Assembly: GCA_013297865.1 (NCBI GenBank)
Contig: JAAFIP010000015.1
Coordinates: 31,359 to 95,358, forward strand
Direction of reading: 5' to 3'
Source of the DNA: Polaromonas sp.
Lineage (GTDB): Bacteria; Pseudomonadota; Gammaproteobacteria; Burkholderiales; Burkholderiaceae_C
DNA length: 64,000 nucleotides
In this document: positions 52,648 through 60,560 of the stretch, one piece after another
Numbering within the stretch: position 1 is the stretch's first letter
Layout of the letters: each line of letters begins with the position of its first letter
Notes under the pieces: generated by a model
Told to the model about the DNA's origin: nothing
The model's input: the letters and a program-made list of their open reading frames with translations, nothing else
The model's database searches: none
Program-made: the position numbers and the translations under genes

Positions 52648-55386
52648 TTAGCTATGAGTCCCCGAATTGGGAGGGGGCGCGACTATGGTTTTCTCGAACT
52701 TTGAAGGCTCAGGCGTGAATTTTTGCGTTGCAGCAAAACCATCTGGACTGGTTTTGGACACTGCTGGCGCGCTCATGATACGGGTGGGCTCTTCTGCGTC
52801 TGCGCTGGCGACAACAGGACGCGGGCTGGCTACTGTCTGGGGCTGGGTATCGCCCACACCCATCTCGGCGATGGCCAGGCGCAGATCGCTGGCCAGTTGC
52901 TCGCCATCCTGGTAGCGCGTCTCAGGGCGTTTGCTCAGTGCGCGCATCACCACATGGGCTACTCGCTCGCTCAGGTCGGCTCGGATGGCGCGTACATCGG
53001 GGGCTTCTTCGTTGGCGATTTTGTACATCAGCTCAGCCATTGAGTCACCACGGAACGGCAGCACGCCAGCAAGCATCTGGAAAAGCATCACGCCCAGGGA
53101 ATACAGGTCTGAGCGCCCGTCGACTTTTTTGCCCGCAATCTGCTCGGGTGACATGAAGCTGGGGGTGCCCAGCACCAGACCGGTTTTGGTTTTGCTGGAG
53201 TCGGTAATGCGTGCAATGCCAAAGTCGGTCACCTTGACCGTGTCGCTGTCCAGCTCATACATGATGTTGGCAGGCTTGATGTCACGGTGCACCACATTCT
53301 GGCGGTGTGCATAAGCCAGCGCCTGCGCCACGCGCTCCACAATCGACAGCACCTTGGCCACCGGCAGCAAACTGCCTTGTTTGCAGAAATCCACCAGGTC
53401 TTTGCCTTTGAGAAACTCCATGGCGATGTAGGCCAGATCATGCTCTTCGCCCGCATCAAAAATCGTCACGATGTTCTGGTGCTGCAGGCGCCCTGCGGTT
53501 TCTGCCTCGCGGAAGAAGCGCTCACGCGCATCAATCAGCTCATCCCCATCGAACTCCTGCGACAAGGCCATGGTCTTGATAGCCACAACGCGGCCAATCT
53601 TGGGGTCCTTGCCCAGATAGACCACCCCCATCGCGCCCTTGCCCAGTTCTTTTTCGACCTGGTAACGGCCCAGCATGGGTTTCTCCACGCCGCCGCCGTC
53701 CAGTAGCATGGTGCCGCCAGGGTGCGCGCCTGTGCCACCGAGGATGACGGTTTCCGAGAGGTTTTTGGCACGGCTGAGTTTGGCATCCAGCCCTTTGTAG
53801 CTGCGGTCCAGCCCGGCCATGTGCTCATACACCGCCTGGGCCTTGTTGAACTGGCGCTTGCGCTCAAAATCCAGCGCCAGATTGCCCAGGTTACCCATCA
53901 GGGCGTCACTCACCGGCACGCGGCGAAAACGGTCAAATGCCATGTCCAGCTGGCCTTGGCCCTGCAACGCCAGGCCCATCATGCGGTTGGTCTCGGCAGA
54001 CTCCTCATCGCTTTTAACTTTGCCTGCTTCGGTGAACAGGAAACGTTTGGTGGTCAGCGCCAGGTGGCCGATCACCAGCAGCATGGCGGGAAACACCAGC
54101 TTGAGCCACTTGCTGTTTTGCGAGAGCAGCACATATTCAGCGATCAAAAACAGCGCGAACACTGCGCCCGTCATGACCGCGCCCTGGCCTGCAGACAGGC
54201 GCGGCAGCAGCACAATCAGATAGGCCATGGTCAACAGCACGGCCAGACCGGAGGTGATGTAAGCCCATGAGGGCGTGCTGACGAAGTGCTCAGACAGAAT
54301 GCCCGAGGTGACATGGGCCGTGAGCTCTACCGGGGTCATGGAGCGGCCCAGCGGCGTGGGAAACTCCACACCCAAACCTGCTGCGGTAGGGCCGAGCAGC
54401 ACGATTTTGTTGGCGTATTTGCTGGCTTGTACTTTGCCAGACAGCACATCAAAGGCAGAGTCGGTGGCAAATGCGGTCTTGCCATCGCGGTCGGCGTAGA
54501 AGAAGGGGCGCATCAAGGCCGCGCCGCCTTCGTCAGTACCAATGCGCAGCTTGCCCAGCTGAATTTCAAACGGATTGTCGTTCACACGGATGTCAGCCGG
54601 GCCCAGATTGAGACTGCGGGCTGCCGCCAAAAGCGCTATCGAGGGAACAAGCTGGCCGTAGTAGTTGGTAAGCAAAGGCTCGCTGCGTATCGCGCCGTCA
54701 ATATCTGCCACCTTGCTGGCATGCCCGATGCCAATGGCCTTGCTGCCCAAAATCTCCAGCGGCTCCAAAATACCGGCCGCCTCTACGCCCAGCAGTGTGG
54801 CAGGCGCGGCAACCAGGCTTTTGGTGGTGCCCGGGCTCAGGGGTTTGTCTGGCTTGCCACGGGCTTCACCCGGCGTGAAAGACGCCGCCAGAATGACCTT
54901 GTTGGATGCCGCAATCGACTGCGCCAGTTTGGCGTCACTGTTGAGTGCTTCTTCACCCTCGGTGGCGATCTTGTTGACCGCCTCCAGCGTGGAGTTGCTG
55001 GCCGAGGGGTCGATGGCCAGCGCCTCGCGGATCTTGCGCAGATAGGGCAAGCCGCGCTCCATCTGCGGCTCAAAATAGAACACGGTGTTGACGATGGACT
55101 TGGGTGCGCCGGAGTTGATTTTGTCGATCAGCTGGGCCTGCACATCGCGCGACCAGGGCCAGCGACCGATATTGGCAATGCTTTGGTCATCAATGGCGAT
55201 GATGGCGATCTGGTCAGAAGGCTTTTTGTTGGCCGCGCTGAGGGATACGTCGTAGAAGCGGTTTTCAAACGTATCTACAAAGTTGGTACTTTTGTAGAGC
55301 AGCAGTACGCCAAGCACCACCAGGACGCCCACAAACCAGTCGGAGCGCCAGAATTGGCTACGTTTTGAAGAAGATCCTGTCCCCAC
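52648..55386 (-). CDS. CHASE2 sensor-linked Hanks-type Ser/Thr protein kinase
   Basis: - N-terminal CHASE2 region ('IAIIAIDDQSIANIGRWPWSR').
- TM cluster followed by a helical linker.
- Kinase domain with 'GKGAMGVVY', 'VAIKTM', 'HRDIKPANI', 'DFGIA' and 'GTPSFMSPE'.
- Pro/Ser-rich tail.
- 912 aa in total. Confidence 0.9.
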   Translation of the reverse strand: MGTGSSSKRSQFWRSDWFVGVLVVLGVLLLYKSTNFVDTFENRFYDVSLSAANKKPSDQIAIIAIDDQSIANIGRWPWSRDVQAQLIDKINSGAPKSIVNTVFYFEPQMERGLPYLRKIREALAIDPSASNSTLEAVNKIATEGEEALNSDAKLAQSIAASNKVILAASFTPGEARGKPDKPLSPGTTKSLVAAPATLLGVEAAGILEPLEILGSKAIGIGHASKVADIDGAIRSEPLLTNYYGQLVPSIALLAAARSLNLGPADIRVNDNPFEIQLGKLRIGTDEGGAALMRPFFYADRDGKTAFATDSAFDVLSGKVQASKYANKIVLLGPTAAGLGVEFPTPLGRSMTPVELTAHVTSGILSEHFVSTPSWAYITSGLAVLLTMAYLIVLLPRLSAGQGAVMTGAVFALFLIAEYVLLSQNSKWLKLVFPAMLLVIGHLALTTKRFLFTEAGKVKSDEESAETNRMMGLALQGQGQLDMAFDRFRRVPVSDALMGNLGNLALDFERKRQFNKAQAVYEHMAGLDRSYKGLDAKLSRAKNLSETVILGGTGAHPGGTMLLDGGGVEKPMLGRYQVEKELGKGAMGVVYLGKDPKIGRVVAIKTMALSQEFDGDELIDARERFFREAETAGRLQHQNIVTIFDAGEEHDLAYIAMEFLKGKDLVDFCKQGSLLPVAKVLSIVERVAQALAYAHRQNVVHRDIKPANIMYELDSDTVKVTDFGIARITDSSKTKTGLVLGTPSFMSPEQIAGKKVDGRSDLYSLGVMLFQMLAGVLPFRGDSMAELMYKIANEEAPDVRAIRADLSERVAHVVMRALSKRPETRYQDGEQLASDLRLAIAEMGVGDTQPQTVASPRPVVASADAEEPTRIMSAPAVSKTSPDGFAATQKFTPEPSKFEKTIVAPPPNSGTHS

Positions 55387-55567
55387 GGCCCGCCCCTTTG
55401 CGAGATGTCAACGCGCAGTCTCAAGTTGCGGCGCCAAGTTATTACTGCTGGCGAAATTTTTACCAGGCCCCAACATTACCAGAGCGGATATGCCCAGACA
55501 AGGGAGTTTGTCACAAAACGCCTGTTTTCTGTTGCAAATAGGCGCCACCGAGCCGGCCGCACAAAGC

Positions 55568-55593
55568 ATCAGGGCCTGCGAACGGGCCCTGAT
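55568..55593 (-). terminator. stem-loop after the TerC-family gene (weak T tract)
   Basis: ATCAGGGCC-loop-GGCCCTGAT (9-bp stem), 23 nt after the stop at 55616. Confidence 0.35.
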
Positions 55594-55615
55594 AGCAGGG
55601 TACAAACAGTTCAGT

Positions 55616-56311
55616 TTAAGCGGCGGCTTGGCTGCGCTTTTGCATCCACAGGCCCAGGCTGACGACAATGGCAGCGCCCACCACGCCAGCGAACAGGATG
55701 GTCTGCTCACCCATCTTGCCGAACCAGCCCACAAAAGCCGGGTCGGTCAGCAGCATTTCGCCGGCCAGGAAGCCCAGCAGCGCAGCACCCAAGGTGATGA
55801 TGATGGGGAAACGTTCCATGATTTTCATCAGCAGGGTGGAGCCAAAAATGATCAGGGGAATGCTGACCAGCAGACCCAGCACGAGCAAGGCCGTGCTGCC
55901 CTTGGCCGCAGCAGCGACGGCGAGCACGTTGTCCAGGCTCATCACCAGGTCAGCAATCAGGATGGTGCGGATCGCAGCGCCCAGACCGTTGATTTCCTTG
56001 CCGTGGCTGTCATCGTCACCGCCACCGCTGAGCAAATCTACGCCAATATAGACCAGCAGCACTGCACCGATGATCTTCAAATAGGGCAGTGCGAGCAGTT
56101 GAACAGCGACCACTGTCAAAATAATACGCATCACAATGGCGGCAGCGCTGCCCCAGAAGATGGCTTTATTTTGGTGCTCGGGCTTGAGGGACCGGGCAGC
56201 CATCGCAATGACTACGGCGTTGTCGCCCGATAAAACGATGTTGGCCAGCATGATGGAGCCCAAAGCGCTCCACATCGCAGCAGATGAAATATCGAGTCCG
56301 AAAAACACCAT
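55616..56311 (-). CDS. TerC/YjbE-family integral membrane protein
   Basis: 'NIVLSGDNAVVIAMAAR' and 'IADLVMSLDNVLAVAAAA' are duplicated TerC motifs. The ATG at 56311 has the RBS 'aagga'. Confidence 0.85.
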   Translation of the reverse strand: MVFFGLDISSAAMWSALGSIMLANIVLSGDNAVVIAMAARSLKPEHQNKAIFWGSAAAIVMRIILTVVAVQLLALPYLKIIGAVLLVYIGVDLLSGGGDDDSHGKEINGLGAAIRTILIADLVMSLDNVLAVAAAAKGSTALLVLGLLVSIPLIIFGSTLLMKIMERFPIIITLGAALLGFLAGEMLLTDPAFVGWFGKMGEQTILFAGVVGAAIVVSLGLWMQKRSQAAA

Positions 56312-56483
56312 GTCTTGTATCCTTGTTGTAGTTGCACCGAAAAAAAGCGCTTCAGGCAGGGCCAGCACTTTTAGTCACCCGCTGGAGCAACAACGAGTGT
56401 AAACGGCGATACACGCCATGGTGTGCGTAAAACTGCTTACCGTTGGGATGGCGTCAGCCATCCCTGCTGGCACCAGCTCTGGC

Positions 56484-57377
56484 CTAGAGCATCGCCTTCA
56501 GCAGCTTGGCCATCTCGGACGGGTTGCGTGTGACTTTAAAGCCGCACTCTTCCATCACCGCCAGCTTGGCGTCTGCCGTGTCAGCGCCGCCGCTGATCAG
56601 CGCGCCGGCATGGCCCATGCGCTTGCCTGCGGGGGCGGTAACGCCCGCGATAAAGCCGACGATGGGCTTTTTCATGTTGGCTTTGCACCAGCGGGCAGCG
56701 TCTGCCTCGTCCGGGCCGCCGATCTCGCCAATCATGATGACAGCGTCGGTGTCCGGGTCGTCGTTGAAGGCCTTCATCACGTCGATGTGCTTCAGACCGT
56801 TGATCGGGTCGCCACCGATGCCCACTGCGCTGGACTGGCCCAGGCCGATTTCGGTCAGCTGCGCCACGGCTTCGTAGGTGAGCGTGCCTGAGCGCGAGAC
56901 CACGCCAATGCGGCCCTTGCGGTGGATGTGGCCGGGCATGATGCCAATCTTGATTTCATCTGGTGTGATCAGGCCCGGGCAGTTGGGGCCCAGCAGCAAG
57001 GTGCGCTTGCCGCCAGCGGCTTCTTTGGCCTTCATGCGGTTGCGCACTTCCAGCATGTCACGCACGGGGATGCCCTCGGTGATGCAAATCGCCAGGTCCA
57101 GGTCGGCTTCGACAGCTTCCCAGATGGCCGCGGCAGCGCCTGCGGGCGGCACATAGATCACGCTGACCGTAGCGCCGGTGGTGGCAGCAGCTTCTTTGAC
57201 CGATGCGTAGATCGGGATGTTGAAAATCGACTCGCCCGCCTTCTTGGGGTTTACGCCCGCGACGAAGCAGTTTTTGCCGTTGGCGTATTCCTGGCACTTC
57301 TCGGTGTGAAACTGGCCGGTCTTGCCGGTGATGCCTTGGGTGATGACTTTGGTGTTTTTGTTGATGTAAATACTCAT
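56484..57377 (-). CDS. sucD: succinyl-CoA synthetase alpha subunit
   Basis: 'MSIYINKNTKVITQGITGKTGQFH', 'SRSGTLTYE' and 'MGHAGA'; 297 aa. Confidence 0.95.
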   Translation of the reverse strand: MSIYINKNTKVITQGITGKTGQFHTEKCQEYANGKNCFVAGVNPKKAGESIFNIPIYASVKEAAATTGATVSVIYVPPAGAAAAIWEAVEADLDLAICITEGIPVRDMLEVRNRMKAKEAAGGKRTLLLGPNCPGLITPDEIKIGIMPGHIHRKGRIGVVSRSGTLTYEAVAQLTEIGLGQSSAVGIGGDPINGLKHIDVMKAFNDDPDTDAVIMIGEIGGPDEADAARWCKANMKKPIVGFIAGVTAPAGKRMGHAGALISGGADTADAKLAVMEECGFKVTRNPSEMAKLLKAML

Positions 57378-57504
57378 GATGGATCCTTGTCAAAACGCGA
57401 TGGAGGATGCGTGCCTTTTCAAGCGGCCACCTCGGAACCGGCTCTGCCGGGCCGATGGTGGCGCCCCCTGGAGGGGGAGGCGCCGCAGGCGCATCGGGGG
57501 TGGG

Positions 57505-58668
57505 TCATTTAGCTACAGCGGCGACGACTTTCTGGGCCGCCTCAGCCATGCTGTCAGCACTGATGATGGGCAGGCCAGAGTCCTTGAGCATTTGTTTGCC
57601 CAGCTCTTCGTTGGTGCCTTTCATGCGCACGACCAGGGGCACGCTCAGGTTGGTGGCTTTACAGGCAGTGATGATGCCGGTGGCAATGGTGTCGCACTTC
57701 ATGATGCCGCCAAAGATGTTGACCATGATGGCCTTGACCTTGGGGTTTTTCAGCATGATCTTGAAAGCTTCGGTCACTTTCTCGGGTGTAGCGCCACCGC
57801 CGACATCCAGGAAGTTGGCAGGCTCTGCGCCATACAGCTTGATGGTGTCCATGGTGGCCATGGCCAGGCCTGCGCCGTTGACCAGGCAGCCGATGTTGCC
57901 GTCCAGCGAAATGTAGGCCAGGTCGAATTTGGAGGCTTCGATCTCGGCCGGGTCTTCTTCGTCCAGGTCGCGCAGGGCAACGATTTCGGGGTGGCGGAAC
58001 AGCGCGTTGCTGTCAAAGTTGAACTTGGCGTCCAGCGCCTTGATGCCGCCATTGCCTTCCAGGATCAGCGGGTTGATCTCGACCAGTGCTGCGTCGGTAT
58101 CCATATAGCACTTGTAGAGCTTTTGCAGCACGTCCACGCAGGCAGCGGTGGAGGCGGCGGGCACGGTCATGCCGTCGGAGAGCGTTTTGCCCTGCTCGGC
58201 GGTCAGGCCGATGGCGGGGTCTACAAACACGGTGATGATTTTCTCGGGCGTGTCGTGCGCCACGGCTTCAATGTCCATGCCGCCTTCGCTGCTGGCCATG
58301 AACACCACTTTCTGCGTAGCGCGGTCGGTCACTACGGAGACATAGAGTTCTTTTTTGATGTCGGCGCCATCTTCGATGAACAGGCGGCGCACTTTTTGGC
58401 CTTCAGGGCCGGTTTGCACGGTTTTGAGCTGCATGCCCAAAATCTCACCGGAGAGCTTTTTGACATCATCAATGCTGCGAGCCAGCTTGACGCCGCCGCC
58501 CTTGCCGCGGCCACCCGCGTGGATCTGTGCCTTGACCACCCAGACTGGGCCGCCCAGCTTCTGTGCGGCTTCCACCGCTTCTTGCACGGTGAATGCAGGG
58601 ATGCCGCGCGGGACGGGAATGCCAAAAGAGCGCAAGATGTCCTTGCCTTGGTACTCATGGATTTTCAT
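57505..58668 (-). CDS. sucC: succinyl-CoA synthetase beta subunit
   Basis: '[22 protein letters not shown]', '[18 protein letters not shown]' and '[18 protein letters not shown]'; 387 aa. Confidence 0.95.
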   Translation of the reverse strand: MKIHEYQGKDILRSFGIPVPRGIPAFTVQEAVEAAQKLGGPVWVVKAQIHAGGRGKGGGVKLARSIDDVKKLSGEILGMQLKTVQTGPEGQKVRRLFIEDGADIKKELYVSVVTDRATQKVVFMASSEGGMDIEAVAHDTPEKIITVFVDPAIGLTAEQGKTLSDGMTVPAASTAACVDVLQKLYKCYMDTDAALVEINPLILEGNGGIKALDAKFNFDSNALFRHPEIVALRDLDEEDPAEIEASKFDLAYISLDGNIGCLVNGAGLAMATMDTIKLYGAEPANFLDVGGGATPEKVTEAFKIMLKNPKVKAIMVNIFGGIMKCDTIATGIITACKATNLSVPLVVRMKGTNEELGKQMLKDSGLPIISADSMAEAAQKVVAAVAK

Positions 58669-58842
58669 AGGTTGTGATCCGAGTGGTGATGATAAAAATT
58701 AGTCAGAAATGGAATGATGTCGTGCACAATTTGCATACCGATAACCGTGCAATTACAGCGGGTGAACTGTATCATGTTGCAATGCACAAAGTTTGTGCGC
58801 AAACTTACAGCCCGGTCCACAGGCAAAAAGCGAGATTTAACC

Positions 58843-59799
58843 ATGGCAGCACCCAAAGCAAAAGTCTTTATTGATGGCGAAGCAGGCACCACCGGCCTGC
58901 AGATTCGCGAGCGTCTGGCCACCATGGACCAGGTGGAGGTCATCAGCATTGCGCCCGAGCGGCGCAAAGACCCCGAGGCCAAGAAAGAGCTGTTTGCCGC
59001 AGCAGACCTGGTGGTGCTGTGTCTGCATGACCAGTCCGCTATTGAATCTGTAGCTGCCTGCGCGACTATCCAGAGGGCTGCAGGCCAAAAACCCTTGAAA
59101 ATCATTGACGCTTCCACGGCCCATCGCGTGGCCCCTGGCTGGGTGTTTGGCTTTCCCGAGCTGTCAGCCCAACATCGGCAAGCCGTTCAAAACGCCCAGT
59201 TCGTCTCCAACCCCGGCTGCTATGCCACGGGAGCCATTGCCATACTTCGCCCCTTGGTGGACGCAGGCATCTTGCCCAAAGACCATCCGCTGGCGCTGCC
59301 CGCCGTCAGCGGCTACAGCGGCGGTGGCCGCCAGATGATTGAAGACTACGAAGGCAAAAACGGCGAAAAAGGCAGCGCACCCGCCTACGAGCTATACGCC
59401 CTGGGTCTCAAGCACAAACACATCCCAGAGATCATGGCGCACACCGGCATCACCCGCCGCCCCATCTTTATCCCCAGCGTGGGCAACTTTGCCCAAGGCA
59501 TGCTGGTGGAGCTGCCGCTGCACCTGGACACCCTGCCCGGCAAACCGCGCATCGCTGACCTGCACGCCGCCTACGCCAAGCATTACGCTGGCAGCCAGTG
59601 GGTGCGGGCCGAGCCCGCCACCGAAAACGGCAAGCTCGACCCGCTCGCGCTCAACGGCACCAACCAGCTGGAAATCCGCGTGTTTGGCAACGACGAGGCC
59701 CAGCAAGCCGTGGTTGTCGCCCGGCTGGACAACCTGGGTAAAGGCGCCAGCGGCGCAGCCGTGCAAAACCTGAAGCTGATGCTGGGCCTGGACGGCTAG
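58843..59799 (+). CDS. argC: N-acetyl-gamma-glutamyl-phosphate reductase (short, type 2 form)
   Basis: '[19 protein letters not shown]' and the active site '[11 protein letters not shown]'. The ATG at 58843 is preferred over the longer ORF-track start. Confidence 0.9.
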   Translation: MAAPKAKVFIDGEAGTTGLQIRERLATMDQVEVISIAPERRKDPEAKKELFAAADLVVLCLHDQSAIESVAACATIQRAAGQKPLKIIDASTAHRVAPGWVFGFPELSAQHRQAVQNAQFVSNPGCYATGAIAILRPLVDAGILPKDHPLALPAVSGYSGGGRQMIEDYEGKNGEKGSAPAYELYALGLKHKHIPEIMAHTGITRRPIFIPSVGNFAQGMLVELPLHLDTLPGKPRIADLHAAYAKHYAGSQWVRAEPATENGKLDPLALNGTNQLEIRVFGNDEAQQAVVVARLDNLGKGASGAAVQNLKLMLGLDG

Positions 59800-59898
59800 C
59801 CGTCTGGTCAGCTGCAAGCCCTAATCGAGAGGCTGCATCCTCCTGCCTGGCATGCCTGTGGCCGCACCGGCGTCTACCCTGGCTGAGCGATCAGGCTC

Positions 59899-60348
59899 CT
59901 AGCGCACATACGGATTGTTGGGCCGCGCATCGCGGGCGTTGCGCCTGCCATCGCCATCCCGGTCGCGGTCAAAGCGGTTGCGCACACCGTCGCCGTCCCG
60001 GTCCCGGTAGTAGGCGGCATGCTGCTCGCGCACCCAGCTGTCGCGGACAAAGATCACCGGCTGGTTGCAGGCTTGGTAGCGGGCGCAGTAGCGCGGCCAG
60101 TTGCTGGAGTGGGCCACGGGAACATACAGGTAGATCGGCGCGCGCTCGACGACCACAGGCGCGGGCGTGATGACCACGGGCCGGGGGACCAGCCAGCCAA
60201 CCTGCGGCACCGGCCCACCCAGCGTCACCCTGCCGTACACGCCAGGCTGGTGCACGTTGACCGTCACGCTCGCTGCCATGGCAGCGCCTGTCCACAACGC
60301 TGCTCCTGCAGCCAAGCTTGCGAACTTGTACAACATATTTGCTTTCAT
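59899..60348 (-). CDS. small secreted protein with C-terminal Asp/Arg-rich D-x-D-G-D repeats
   Basis: Signal 'ASLAAGAALWTGAAMA' and a C-terminal 'RDRDGDGVRNRFDRDRDGDGRRNARD' (thrombospondin type 3-like calcium-binding repeat pattern). Confidence 0.5.
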   Translation of the reverse strand: MKANMLYKFASLAAGAALWTGAAMAASVTVNVHQPGVYGRVTLGGPVPQVGWLVPRPVVITPAPVVVERAPIYLYVPVAHSSNWPRYCARYQACNQPVIFVRDSWVREQHAAYYRDRDGDGVRNRFDRDRDGDGRRNARDARPNNPYVR

Positions 60349-60489
60349 GAAACCACCTCGTCGTTAGCATCGAAGCACCCAGTCTGGAGGTGCATCATGG
60401 CTGCCGTGTGAGCGGGCCGTAAACTTGGGTAAACGGATGCGAAAGTCTGTAGGAGGTGTTGCTGCAGGGGTCTAAAGCACACCCTGTTT

Positions 60490-60537
60490 GCTATAAATTA
60501 AATAGCTGCTCCCGCAGCTTTTTATTGGTCTCAAGCC
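60490..60537 (-). repeat. dispersed repeat copy 10 (subfamily B, hairpin form), intergenic
   Basis: 'GCTATAAATTAAATAGCTGCTCCCGCAGCTTTTTATTGGTCTCAAGCC'. It has an AGCTGC-TCCC-GCAGCT stem flanked by A/T runs on both sides and lies 24 nt after the stop at 60561. Confidence 0.85.
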
Positions 60538-60560
60538 GGTTTTCATTACTATTTCAGGCG

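Noticed and set aside
55532-55547. Sigma-54-like element TGGCGC-CTAT-TTGCA on the minus strand upstream of the kinase operon
   Set aside because: - The GG-to-GC spacing is one nucleotide short of the strict -24/-12 spacing.
- The -24 box has G instead of A.
- It is not reliable enough to call.
56312-56483. Possible yybP-ykoY (manganese) riboswitch upstream of the TerC-family gene
   Set aside because: - TerC/YjbE genes often carry this riboswitch.
- However, I could not find the conserved GGGGAGUAG or UUGNCAAGAGAC-type core in the 172-nt leader.
- Only generic hairpins are present, for example GGGATGGCTGACGCCATCCC, which is more likely the sucD terminator.
57376-58677. 433-aa plus-strand ORF opposite sucC
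   Set aside because: sucC is unambiguous on the minus strand, and this is a high-GC antisense shadow.
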